Positions 13,011 to 25,010 of a stretch of DNA of 64,000 bases are shown one piece after another. The stretch's first letter is position 1; each line of letters opens with the position of its first letter. The position numbers and the translations under genes were made by a program. Source of the DNA: Octopus bimaculoides (Eukaryota); assembly GCF_001194135.2 (NCBI RefSeq), contig NC_068993.1:355530-419529 (forward strand), in the 5' to 3' direction. The notes under the pieces are model-generated. The model saw only the letters and a program-made list of their open reading frames with translations. It searched no databases and was not told the origin of the DNA.

Positions 13011-15189
13011 GATTTTTGCCATCCATCAACACTGTGAAGAATTGACAGAAAGGATTCACAAATTTGGCCATGTCTGCATCTTTACATGCCCAACATACAC
13101 ACGTGCAAAAATACCTCCCCACAGGCGTCTACAAACAAACACAAGTACAAATATGCACATTCAAACACAACCCCACCTCTCACTCATACACATGCAAACA
13201 TACACAAAGGCTCCTGAAATTTCAGGTTTTCAATGTCACTGATGAGTTTCTGTGCTTTGCACTTGCCATCTCAATGACATTGCTTTAATCCCAAACATTC
13301 AACTCCCATTCTACCCATCTCTACTGTTGTTGATGAAACACAGGGGACATTCTGTTGGTCACTGCTTTTGTTCTAAACAAAATATAACATCTGTTGTCCA
13401 TGCTAGCATGGGTTGGACAGTGTAACCAGAATTGGCAAGCTGCACCAGACTCCAGTTGTCTGATTTGGCATGGTTTCTATCACTGGATGCCCTTCCTAAC
13501 AGGCCAACCACTTTACAGAGTGTGGACTGGGTGCTTTTACGTGACACTGCCATGAGTGTTTTACACCACCAGAAGAATCCACCTTCACACTTCTGTTATG
13601 TAGTAGGAGTAGAGCCACCAGGCACAATATATCATGTTCCTTTGTCATCTTGCCTGAAAAGTTCAGCATTCTGAGATTGTTCTTCAGATGTTATTTTAAT
13701 ACCCTAAAAGTTGAAGGCTGTTCAATTAATTGATGTAATTGAGCTGAATATCTACCAAAGCTAAAGAGGGACAGAGGTCCATGGAAGAACATTGTGACAT
13801 GTATCCTGGTTGTGACCACTTGGAGACAAAGAAAATCACATTGTGGAACAAAAGTATGGAAAGTAGTACTGATGGATCTTCAAATTTCGTAGATGCTCTT
13901 TTCAGACATTCTTCCACTTTGAATATCAGTACAGTCATTACACGGATGAGTGGTTCTTCACTTTCCACTCTGTTCTTCTTGGCTTAATCAAACATTCTAT
14001 CTATAGCACTTGAAGCTTACAGGACGATTTTTTCCTAAGAAAAAAACAAGAGAGGGGGTTGGTGTCAACTTACATCAGCTGGGTAAACCAGAAATGGTAA
14101 CCAGATCTGCTCCCATTTCCATAGAAATAACAATAATACTTTGACGCTCCAGATCGACCAATAAGCTGATGTTGTACCCACAGATTCCAAATCACTCTAC
14201 TCCAACAAAGAAATACCTTGATAATCAGCTGTGATCTCGTCAACCCGAGACAGTCAACAATCAGACAAACAAACCAACTGCCTGAAAACAGAAAATTATT
14301 CTAAAACTTACCTGAAATACACTTCTATACATTGAAACCATAAGATAAAATTACTTGGTGTTGAAGACAGGTTGATTAGAGTTAGAATCGTATTTAAAAA
14401 GTTCAATGTGAGGATTAAAAAAATATATAAATGTACGTAATTCTTTAAAATTCATTTTTATCGTATGTTATATACATATCATATATACATATCATTCCTA
14501 AATTTACGAAGTAAGCATGTGTGTGTGTGTGTGTTCATGTAGTAAGGAAATACAGACAATAGACATTCCTAAACTTTGGAATTAAATCTATATATCTATC
14601 TATGGCATGACATTTTTCTGATACTTTTAACCTTTTCAAAAAACTACAAATAAACAATATGGTTTAATTAAACCTTAAATTTCATTTGTTTCTATCAAAG
14701 TACTGGGAACAAAGATATTGACAAAATATTTCACAATTTCCAAAACATTTAATCCACATTAATCTGTCCGTTAAATTCAGTTCCATTATTTACTACTCTT
14801 GTCATTTTGGATACCGGCATTAATGCTGGGAGTCTCAGATGTTTAATAACAACTCAAATCTCACCAACGTCTCTGGACACACGTTTAGATTCCAGTCTTG
14901 AATCTGGGAAGACATTTCAAGGTTTTTGACAGAGAAATACTGGTTCCATGGCTTGGTTGCTTGGTCAGTGAAATAATGGACGAGTTGCATTAATTCATAT
15001 TTTATTCTTTATCAAAAACAAAACAAAACACCCCGCGAAGGGTTCGAAAGGAAGGGTTTCTGGTCAAATACATGAAATGCATGACAACAGCTCGCCATAG
15101 TTACCACTGTGGTGGTGGTGGAGGAGGAACAGAGCTAAAGAGGGAGAGCATGTAGAATTTGTTCGGATAATTACGAATATGAATATACA

Positions 15190-15284
<95 letters not shown>
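15190..15284. repeat. Compound microsatellite (GT)n(AT)n(AG)n
   Basis: Directly visible in PAIP1 intron 1. Confidence 0.95.
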
Positions 15285-15288
<4 letters not shown>

Positions 15289-15361
15289 AGTGGTAATTTT
15301 TATTGTTTAACGATTAAATTACATGAAGAATGTTCACAAATCTTCCACAGTATTTCTGGAC

Positions 15362-15396
<35 letters not shown>

Positions 15397-15897
15397 ATTT
15401 CTTGTTTTGAAGCTTCGAAGAATTTGGTAGGGAGGGGGGGTACTCAACCATAAAACAATAAATATTAATTGCATTATAATTACGAAAGGGATAGTAATTA
15501 ACTAAGAATTATATTATGAAGAATTTAAAATTTTACATTCGATACTTTTGAAATATTCTTTAAATAAATATATAAATGTTTATACGATAATAAATTTGGA
15601 GAGAAAAAATAATTGCTACTTGCAGTAATAATAATAATTATTATAATAATTGTTAATAATAATAATAATTGTAGCGGAATAGCTTCGTTTGGTAGAAAAT
15701 TTTAAGCTAGGTAAATAATTTGATATTCAAAATAATGATTGATATAAATAAATGTAAAGAGGAAAACTAAAAGAAAGGATTTGATATGAAAGAAAGGAGA
15801 GTAAACAAATCAAGATGTTAAGATTGAAGTAAATGGATTTCTGAGTGGAAAATGAGAGGAAATCGAATGTGAATAAATGCAATTAATTAAATCTTAC

Positions 15898-16120
15898 CGG
15901 AACAATCGTTAGCTCTTCTATTGAGTGTGGCTTCGTGAGGATATCTGGGGCTTTGAAAGGATTTATTAACGAAATCATCTTCAGTCTGCTCGGTTGAATT
16001 GTGTGGAGTCGACATGTTTGAAGAAGCGAGCTGCGAGGAAGAAGAAGAGAGGCATTTGGTGGAAGCGAGTGATGCAGCCGACGATGGCTCCTCCTGCCTC
16101 TCTCCTGTCGGATTCGACAT
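15898..16120 (-). CDS. PAIP1: PAIP1 coding exon 1 (MSNPTGERQEEPSS...RANDCS, ends phase 1)
   Basis: ATG at 16120 in a locally GC/CpG-rich region. Donor G|GTAAGA at 15897. Phase 1 matches the PAM2 exon at 9458. Low-complexity N-terminus, so identity rests on phase and position. Confidence 0.8.
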
Positions 16121-16307
16121 GGTTGCGAAGTGATTTTAGACAACTTCAAAAGTACTCAGCTATAGAATGATAATAAATATGTTCCATAAACCGCCGAGCT
16201 GCGAGCAAGAATGAGTCTAAATATGTTCCGACAGCGAAAACAGAAGAAGAAGAAGAAGAAGAACGTCTGGAAAGGAGGAGAGAAAGAAAAACAAGTTTAA
16301 AGGGACC

Positions 16308-16317
16308 GCGCATGCGC
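16308..16317. promoter_or_regulatory. NRF1/Ewg-type palindrome GCGCATGCGC in the PAIP1 promoter region
   Basis: Perfect GCGCATGCGC about 190 nt upstream of the PAIP1 ATG, in a CpG-rich patch within AT-rich DNA. Confidence 0.6.
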
Positions 16318-16861
16318 ACACACGCGCCAGATTGCTGAGGACAATCTCTCAACGTCAACCATTTCAATTGTTTCCCCAGCAGCAGCTTATGGCTTTTCAA
16401 CGATTTATTGGACGTTATTTAATGCTTTCTACTTCGTATGATCGACAGTTTAATGCTTTCAAAACATAACATATTTTAAAGGGATATATATATGCATATA
16501 TATATATATATANNNNNNNNNNNNNNNNNNNNNNNNNNNNNNNNNNNNNNNNNNNNNNNNNNNNNNNNNNNNNNNNNNNNNNNNNNNNNNNNNNNNNNNN
16601 NNNNNNNNNNNNNNNNNNNNNNNNNNNNNNNNNNNNNNNNNNNNNNNNNNNNNNNNNNNNNNNNNNNNNNNNNNNNNNNNNNNNNNNNNNNNNNNNNNNN
16701 NNNNNNNNNNNNNNNNNNNNNATATATACATATATATATATATATATATGATATATGTATATATGATATATTAAAATAAATAAAGATAAGTGGTGTTGAA
16801 AGAGAACCAGCTGGCTGGTCTCAGTTTAATTGTTTTATTTAAAAAGTTTATCGTCCACAAT

Positions 16862-17100
16862 AATTATTATCACAACCACTAAGTCGGCGGGGTAGCAGAA
16901 TCGTTAGCATGCCGGACAAAATGCTTAGCGGCATTTCTTCCGTTTTCGTGTTCTGAGTTCGGATTACTTCGAGGTTCACTTTGCCTTACATCCATCTTTT
17001 CGGGGTCGATAAAATAAGTAGCTGTTGAACACTGGGGTCGATGTAATCGAGTGGTCCTTCCCTAAAATTGCTGGCCTTGTGCCAAAATTTGAAATCAAAT
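16862..17100 (+). mobile_element. tRNA-derived SINE, about 210-bp family (also about 30295-30490 +, 42585-42810 +, 55008-55440 -, 63289-63976 -)
   Basis: Head GGCGG..GCAGAATCGTTAGC, B-box GAGTTC(A/G), core CCTTTCATCC..GGGGTCGATAAAATAAGTAC and tail GGCCTTGTGCC. The core recalls Nin/Deu-type SINE domains (from memory, unverified). Confidence 0.75.
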
Positions 17101-17599
17101 ATTACAGCCACTGTTGTTGTTGATTATGATGATGATGACGGTAGTACTAATTATCCTCTTTGCATTTAGGGAAATCTAAAGTGTCTTTCGAGAGCTTTCC
17201 TACACGTGCGCATGTGTGGTATTGGTCATAATAATAATAATGATAATAATAATAATAACCCTTTCTTCTATAGGCACAAAGCATGAAACGTTAGGCGGGA
17301 GGGGGGGCAGCTGGTCAGTTTCATCAACACCAGATATATTTTCCCAGACAACTGGAAACAAAAGACCCTGTTTGTGTGATGGTGATATGCATTTACAATT
17401 ATCATGCATTGACAAAACTAGGAGACATATTCACACACACATTATGCAAGGAGCTTCTTTCAGTTTCCATCAAGCACACCCACCCACAAGGCTTTGCTTG
17501 ATCTGGGGGCTGGCTTTTGAAGATGTTTACCTAAGGCACCACACAGTGGGACTGAACCTGAGGCTAAGTGGTTGGATTAACTGACCTTTGTTACTCTCC

Positions 17600-18120
17600 T
17601 GTCCTAAAACCATCACAGTTGCTGGACACTTAGTGGACGTCACTCTGAGGACATCAGAAGGATGTGCACGTAAGCATCTGTTAGACTTTTGGATGGTGCT
17701 GTTAGGGCTCCACTGGCACGGGTGCCAGTCATCAGATTTGGTTCAGTTTCGATCTCACTTGCTCCAATAGGTTTTTGCAAGCTGAGTTTAGTGTTCAATG
17801 AAGGAAGGTTGGCATGGGTGCCAGTCATCGAATTTGGTTCAATTTCAATTTCACTTGCCTCAACAGGTCTTCACAAGCAGGGTTTTGTGTCCAAAGAAGG
17901 AAAGGTACGCATAATGGGCTGGTAAAGGCCATGGGTTATGGTCTCACTTGTTTTGCCGGGTCTTCTCACACTGCATATTTCCAAAGGTCTCGGTCACTAG
18001 TCATTGCCTCGGTGAAGCCTAATGTTCGAAGGTCGTGCTTCACCACCTCATCCCAGGTCTTCCTGGGTCTACCTCTTCCACAGGTACCCTCAACCGCTAG
18101 GCTGTGGCACTTTTTCATGA
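17600..18120 (-). mobile_element. RTE LINE 3' end (C-terminal ORF plus 3' UTR)
   Basis: KKCHSLAVEGTCGRGRPRKTWDEVVKHDLRTLGFTEAMTSDRDLWKYAV is a typical RTE C-terminal GRGRPRKTW motif. Confidence 0.85.
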
Positions 18121-18889
18121 TGTTGAGAGGAATTGGACATGGCTGGGAGGGGAGTATGGTAGATATGTGAGAGTATGGAGAGTGCATTGATTGGCACATA
18201 AGGCAGAGTGGCAGTTGGTGGGTGGGAGAGATTGGTTGTGGGGTAGTTTTGACAGGAGAGAATTGTGTGTGTTGTGGGGAAGGGGGGTATGGACATAAAT
18301 GGATGACCACAATTTTTCTTAACCTGATGTGTCCTCTGAAATACAGCAAACTGACAGAAGGCTCTGTTCTTTGTAATCTCAAGAGAGGCTCAACATTTGA
18401 AGGTCGTTTCTCATTGCTTTGTCCTACACCTTCCTGAATTTCCCATTCCACAGCTTCCCAGAAATGGGCACTTCTTTAAGCAGCTGTCCTCATCCCGATG
18501 TATCACATGACCATACCAGTTTAGTCTTCTCTCTTGCACACATGCCCAGTTTTCCTCTTAAATCATTTACACTCTGTTGTGTGTGTGTGCACACTGACAT
18601 CCATCCATCCAGCACAGCACGCTGGCTTCATTTCTTTCAAGCCTTCACATTTGTGACACTTAGACAGCTGGCAATTTCTAAATTGCAGTGTTCAATACAC
18701 ATGACAACAATGACTGCATGTCTTTTCATTTCTTGTTAGCATTTTATCTGCCATGTAGAATCTGAGAGAAACACCACTCGTGTGCGTGCATGAATGCATA
18801 CATACACACACACATGGCAAAAGTTGTATTTCTTTGAGATTCTACATGGCAGAAAACGCTAATGCATGCATGCACACACATACAGAAGG

Positions 18890-19085
18890 AGGTAGGGCTG
18901 AAAAGTTTCTGACTTTAGGAAGAAAATACAGGATCAGTCATCAGTTATGATTTTATTCAACATATTCCCCTCTCAAATTCACACACTTATTGCAGTGATC
19001 TTTGTTTCTCTAAGTCCTATAAAAGAACATGGAAGATTGGGCCCTCCAACCACGTCTTTTACAATACCCTTAAAGCCAGGATCTT
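18890..19085 (-). mobile_element. Mariner transposon 3' fragment
   Basis: Translates as WLEGQSSMFFY...HCNKCVNLRGEYVE*, the conserved mariner transposase C-terminus. Confidence 0.75.
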
Positions 19086-19139
19086 TTGAACACCCCCTTG
19101 TGTATATATATATATATATACTACATACACACTATTGCT

Positions 19140-19350
19140 ATTATGCAAAAATGTCGTAAGTCCAAAACGTTGCTTTTTCACAAAACCAAAAAAAGTTTCA
19201 CCATTCCATTTCTTGTTACATTAGCAAGTTTCAGCTTAACAATACTTTGTTGAGTGCATAAAATCCTAACTCCATGCATGTATAATATTTTCAGTCAGAA
19301 ATATTTTTGCAAAACTGTTGTATGTGGGACTTACTACACTTTTGGAAAAT
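19140..19350. mobile_element. MITE-like element with imperfect terminal inverted repeats
   Basis: TGTCGTAAGTCC (19152-19163) versus GGACTTACTACA (19327-19338): 11 of 12 complementary, extendable imperfectly to about 24 bp. Confidence 0.45.
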
Positions 19351-19959
19351 GCTAAACCATTGTACTACAATTTGACAATCTTTAATATCTTGGCATCTGA
19401 AGCAGCTGGAGATACGATAGTTTGACCAAAAGACCTGGCTCTTGCAAGCAAAAATAAATATTGAAAAAAAAAAAACGCATTTGGCAAAATATATGTAAAA
19501 CTGATTATTTCCAAACCTGTACAACCCATAGACAAAAAGGTCTGAGGGATCGAGCCTGGAAATCTTTTAATGGCATAATTAGAGTACATAGAATAATAGC
19601 CTGAACTGTTTCTCAAAGAGTCTCTATGATCAGTGGAAGTTATCATAAAACTGTAAACCGAGATGAAAAGCTTGCAACTGGATGCCATTAAAAGCATTCA
19701 ACATGAAAAGCCCCTCAAACAGGATTCCATAAAGTCTTTACCTCCCAAGACTTTTGTCAACTCAAGACCACAATAGCAAATATTTGCCTAAGGTACTGTG
19801 CAGTGGGATTGAAACGGGAAGTAGCACAGGGTTACAAACTGAACTTTTTCACCGTCCAACCATGTTTGCATCTGTATTAGTGGCACCAAATAATGATGAG
19901 GTTCAAGCTGGAAGACAAGAACATAATAGTAGCCATCTAAAATGATGTTTGATGAGGAA

Positions 19960-20300
19960 GCATGGCAGAACTTGGAAGATGAGATCTCATAACTTCAGTT
20001 AATTATCAAGAGCAACCGAAGGCATTCAAGGTGACATGTTCCAGGCAAACACTGCAGATCAGTTGGGTAATCAGTAAAACAAATGATTCAATCCTGGAGG
20101 AGACAGGAGCAGAAGAGAAATTGGTGACACGGGTCAAGACACAGCGGCTGCAGTGTTTTAGAAACACCTTATCAGAGCTTAGAATCTCTATGTTCACATC
20201 GTTGGGGGATGGGTGGACATAGTCAAAGATAGAGCAAAGAGATCAAGAACTGAATGGGGAGGACCCTGGAGGAGTGTATGGCTGCTGCACTAGACTGTAG
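19960..20300 (+). mobile_element. RTE LINE fragment
   Basis: MTCSRQTLQISWVISKTNDSILEETGAEEKLVTRVKTQRLQCF matches the RTE motif RRMLRISW.EKRTNESILEE. Confidence 0.7.
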
Positions 20301-20705
20301 TGAGTGGTAAGAAGTGGGTGTTGTGTCTCAGCCTTCTGACTCATATTCATGAGGATATGATCTTGAGGGACAGAAAACCATCTTCAATTACTTATTGCCA
20401 TTTTGTGATACCTTAATGATTTTTAAAAAGATAAATGCTTTTTTGGTTTTTCCTAAATTTATTAATATTAAAGCCTTGCTAAATATTACGTTAGTAAAAA
20501 AAAAAAAATTATTGTTTAATAAAAAAGATTTCATGAAATTCTACCTTTTCAGAAAGCATGTTATCAAAATTTCCAAGAATTCTAAAAAATATGATTACTT
20601 TTAAACTAAAAAGAAATTAAATTATTTTGTAATTTCAAAAAATACATTTTTCATAAAAAAACAAAAAAAAAAACAAAGGAAAATTAAGGTAGAAAATGGT
20701 TTCAC

Positions 20706-20711
20706 TTTATT
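20706..20711 (-). terminator. Putative polyadenylation signal AATAAA of RPA2
   Basis: AATAAA on the minus strand about 46 nt after the RPA2 stop, followed by T-rich sequence. Confidence 0.5.
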
Positions 20712-20756
20712 ACAGAATCAAGAAACAATAGTTTGAAACTGTTTTAGAAATGCTCA

Positions 20757-20838
20757 TCAACCGTCTGTGATTTTGAAATGGCTCTCGGAAATTGTAGAAT
20801 ATATATGTCCTTCTCCACTCAAAAAGTCAATGACATCT
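20757..20838 (-). CDS. RPA2: RPA2 terminal exon ([26 protein letters not shown])
   Basis: Acceptor ttttctttacAG. [12 protein letters not shown] is the RPA32C signature. TGA at 20759-20757. Confidence 0.96.
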
Positions 20839-22403
20839 CTGTAAAGAAAAGAGAAATTTATGAGAGTAATATTAACAAAATAATTAATTATTATAAATTA
20901 ACTTAGAAAAGTCAAAACATATCAGATTTGATACAAGTGAAATGGCTGAAACAAAGTAAATATACAAAGAGATCTTGTGGTCATTTGTTAGCTTTCCATG
21001 CTGGCATGGGTTGGATGGGTCTTTAGTTTGAATCTATTCTTATTGGGACTCACTACTCTTACAGATGGGTCATAAGCATTGCCACCACCACAATCTTGCA
21101 CGTTTTCTATTGTGAATATCCTTCCATGCAGCAGGTACTGGATGCATTTTATCACATCACAAGCAACAGGGAGGTTGTCAGGAGACCAGAGGCTCCTCTA
21201 CAGCCTATCCTTTCTTCGCATGTTTGCCCAACCTCTTCATGTGTGAGTGTACTGGATGCAGTCTATCACAGCAGCAGCACTAGACAGGTTGTTATCCCTT
21301 TGAACCTATTTTCTTTCTTTTAGTTGGTCAACCACTTTACTGTAAAACTGCTCTTAAAACGTACATTTGCTAAAGACAGAAGATGGGATGGGTGAGAGTG
21401 AGTGATGACTGGCAGAAGCAAAAGAGTGGAGGTAAAAAATATGATTGGGTGCAAAACGGGTTTGATACGGCCTTTTAGGCTGGAGCTTCTTGATGGACAA
21501 GAATGAAAGTGATGGTAATGGGGAGATGGGGGATTCCCATTTACAATCTGAATTATTGACATTATTAATATAGCTAGAAATTCAGTGATATGATCCAAAA
21601 GGATGTTGGAATATTCCAAGACACGTTTATACTGGATTCAATAAGTTGTCTATATTGTAACTGGAGACAAACTTACAGAGAACTTTATGTGGTCATTAGC
21701 CACGCTAGAGAAAACAGCAGCAAAATCTCCTCCCAATTACACAGTATCAGCTTAAATAAGCAAAGAACACATCAGAAAATGTTGTCCAGAACATACTCCT
21801 AAAAAGAGAGGATGGTCACAGATGGAATATCTTTGATCAACTCAACCAGGAATGTAGTAATTAAACTTCCAAATATCTGCAATGCTATGTTGACTTCTAA
21901 AACCTGAAATAATTATTAATTAGTTTCTATAGAGATAATTCAACATGGAATTTTCTTCCGTTTCTGTCCTTTTAGCATCACCTCCTGTGGTGCCAGACCA
22001 AGAGTGGTGACCTGTAACTTCAACAAATGTATTTCTAGTTGTGACCTAAGCAATTAGAGTTTAGTATTTAGTCTGCAATGTAGCAGGTCTCATGTATCAG
22101 CCATTTGTTAGCTATTTTGAAACAATTCTTAGAAACAGAAGACAGACATTGTTCTTCATTCAGAAACACAATTACTGTCTGTGATAATTGTTAGGTATAA
22201 AATAAGCAACCACAATTAAAGGTCCAGAACCCCTTTCGCTCTACTATTTTAGGGGTTAATCAGAGGTAAAATACTATTACAGTGGGGTTATTGAAGGAGA
22301 TGTGGTAAAATGACCCCTTTGAAACATTAGCGAAATCTTTCAATCAAAACTTCAGACTGGAGTTTTGATTGGTGACTGTTTAAAGCAGGTAATTCAGTTT
22401 TAC

Positions 22404-22498
22404 TTGACAGTGTTTTCTGGAACGCCTCTCAGCTTTTTTATGATTTCATCAATGCTACAACCTTCTTCTGTTGTACAGGATTTAATAATCCGATGGAC
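22404..22498 (-). CDS. RPA2: RPA2 exon 7, winged helix (VHRIIKSCTTEEGCSIDEIIKKLRGVPENTVK)
   Basis: Acceptor gtgccatAG, donor AA|GTAAAA, 95 nt, phase 0 to 2. Corresponds to [23 protein letters not shown]. Confidence 0.93.
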
Positions 22499-23259
22499 CT
22501 ATGGCACAAAAAATAAAACAAAGCAACTAAAATAAATTCAATAAAAAATCAAATATATTTTACTGAAAAATATAATACTGATTTCATCATCATCGTCGTT
22601 TAACGTCCGTTTTCCATTCTGGCATGGGTTGGACAGTTTGTTTATTCTATTTGTAAAATACAATGATAAACTTTTCAAAAAGAATATTTTATTTCAATGT
22701 TCTACACAAACTTCCAAGCAAGACATAGACAAATGTCACCACTGCCCAAACAGCATCAATATAAAGACATGCAGACACATACACGGGCTTTTGTATAGTT
22801 TCTGTCAACCAAATTTTCTATGAAGGTATGATGATGATGATGATGATGCATTGGTCATTTCAAAACTTTAGCAAAGACACTTGCTCGTAGAACCATTCAG
22901 GTGGATCAATCCCCAAGTAACATAGTTGTCAAGTAAACTTCTTAACCACAGTTACGTCTACACACACACACACACTATATATATGTGTGTGTGTGTGTTC
23001 TACAATTGTGCATTACGATGGTAACTGGGCTGTTGAATTGCAAGCTTTTATGGGAAAAAGGCAACTGTAGACATTTGATAAAATCAGTAGCAGATGGAAT
23101 TAAATACTACAGTCAATTATGATTGACTAAAACCTCTGAAGGAGGTGCCCCTGCATAGACATGGTCCAGTGGCTGAAATCCGTAACCAATAATAGATACA
23201 GTTTCAAATCTAGAAACACATTTCTAAATGAAAGAGAAAAGAAGAACAGCCATGCAAAC

Positions 23260-23343
23260 CTGATTGTGCATATGTCCAAGACCAGGAATTCCGACAGATG
23301 ATGTATCATAATCATTGGTTAGTGCAGCTTTTCCTTTATTCTG
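23260..23343 (-). CDS. RPA2: RPA2 exon 6, linker (QNKGKAALTNDYDTSSVGIPGLGHMHNQ)
   Basis: Long T tract plus tctAG acceptor, donor CAG|GTTTGC, 84 nt, phase 0 to 0. Ends in HNQ, like human AQNQ before the winged helix. Confidence 0.85.
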
Positions 23344-24057
23344 CTAGACAAGAATGTAAAAAAAAAAAAAAAAAACTAATTAACCAATATAAAACATGTA
23401 AATTAGCCAATATAGTTGTCCTGACATCTAACATATGAATCTCTTTCATTTTATGCCCATTTTGCCCCACTGGCTTGAGTCAGACAATTTTAGTTTTCCC
23501 AAACAGTGTCAGGAATCAGCTGTGACTCTTCTTTCAGTGGGTGTTGTTTGGCCACTAAGATACTCGATAACTTTCTTATCAAAGACATTTGTGTGACAGA
23601 TGGTACTGTCCCACCATCACAACAATGGAATTATTGACTGATTACACTCCACAGCCTCCATTTGAACTAAGATGAGTCACACTCATCTTTCTGCCACTCA
23701 TGTAACCTGTCATGATCTCCATCTCTCCCCACATTCAGTGAACAATGTTCTTAGTGCACTATTTCTGTCAGTGAGCGACAAGGGAGTGTTTGTAATTCAA
23801 AGCAGAACAACTATTGCAAAGGACTTCATTTAATGAGCACTATTTCAAAAGTTTTCCCATCGATACACATACACAGAGACTCCTGTGCAATTTCCACAGA
23901 TCCCATGCCATTATGGTAGAAAAAAGTAGCTCAAAATGCTGTGCATTAGGATTGAAACCAAACTGATGTGCTAGCAGAGGCATCTTCTTACACCCACAGC
24001 CACTGACCACACTAAACAGCCAACAAAAGACAAAATAATAATAATAATAATACTTAC

Positions 24058-24258
24058 CAGATTAGGATTTGATTTGTACATCAAGTGGGAATGGATAACT
24101 TCAAGAATGTGGACTGTTAATTCATTGATATCTGTCAAAGGAACTATTTTAAAGGCAACAATAGTTCGTTTTCCCTCCAATAACCTAATATGTCCAGACA
24201 CCCGGACATATGTCTTCTCTGCAAGAGATTTTATCTTCTCATTTTCAGGAACATCCTC
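24058..24258 (-). CDS. RPA2: RPA2 exon 5 (EDVPENEK...YVRVSGHIRLLEGKRTIVAFKIVPLTDINELTVHILEVIHSHLMYKSNPNL)
   Basis: Acceptor aattgtAG, donor CTG|GTAAGT, 201 nt. Strong match to the RPA2 YVKVAGHLR...[22 protein letters not shown] motif. Confidence 0.96.
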
Positions 24259-24459
24259 CTACAATTCAGAAATGTTTACACTTAGAAAGATTTCTCATCA
24301 AATCTTTAATAGAGTAAATTAGTTTATTTATATGAATGACAAACACTGGAGCCTGGTGTAGTCCTCTGGCCAGTCAAACTGTCCCACCCATACCAGCATG
24401 GAAAATAAATGTTAGATGATGATGATGATGGCTCCATCATGGCTACCACAATATGATAC

Positions 24460-25010
24460 TCAACACTCAGGCAATGACAAGTGACTGAGACCTTTGGAGA
24501 TATGTTGTGCTTGAGAAGACCCAGCAAGCCAAGTGAGACCGTAACTGTGGCCTGTGCCAGTGCAGCATAACCGACCCATTTAAGAGGACCCTTCAATCAC
24601 TGAGCAATAATCTGCGCTTGTGAAGACCTGTTGAGTCAAGTGAAGTCATTGTCGTGGATGATGACAGTACTGCCTGATTGGCACCCGTGCCGGTGGCATG
24701 TAAAAAGCACCATTTGAGAGCATGGTCGATGCCAGTGCCATCTGACTGGTTCTATGAAGTGGCACGTAAAAAGCACCATTCAAGAGTGGTCGATACCAAT
24801 ACCGCCTGACTGGCCCTCGTGCCGGTGGCATGTAAAAAGCACCCACTACACTCTCGGAGTGGTTGGCATTAGGAAAGTCATCCAGGTGTAGAAACTTTGC
24901 CAGATCAGATTGGAGTCTGGTGTAGCTTTCTGGCTTGCCAGACCTCATTCAAACCATCCAACCCATGCCAGCATGGAAAGCAGATGTTAAACAACAACGA
25001 TGATGATGAT
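24460..25010 (+). mobile_element. RTE 3' UTR with subrepeat array and (GAT)n tail, in RPA2 intron 4
   Basis: GACCTTTGG..ATATG.TGTGCTTGAGAAGACC followed by about four 60-65 bp units and the common tail. Confidence 0.8.

Noticed and set aside
18106-18476. 10-bp target-site duplication (GGCACTTyTT) around a 350-bp nested insertion
   Set aside because: The sequence before 18467 is also RTE-homologous. The two motifs are the same position in two separate RTE copies.
23010-23110. Alternative 90-nt phase 0-0 RPA2 linker exon (YLIPSATDF...)
   Set aside because: Weak splice sites and no similarity. The 23343-23260 exon has better signals and the conserved NQ end.
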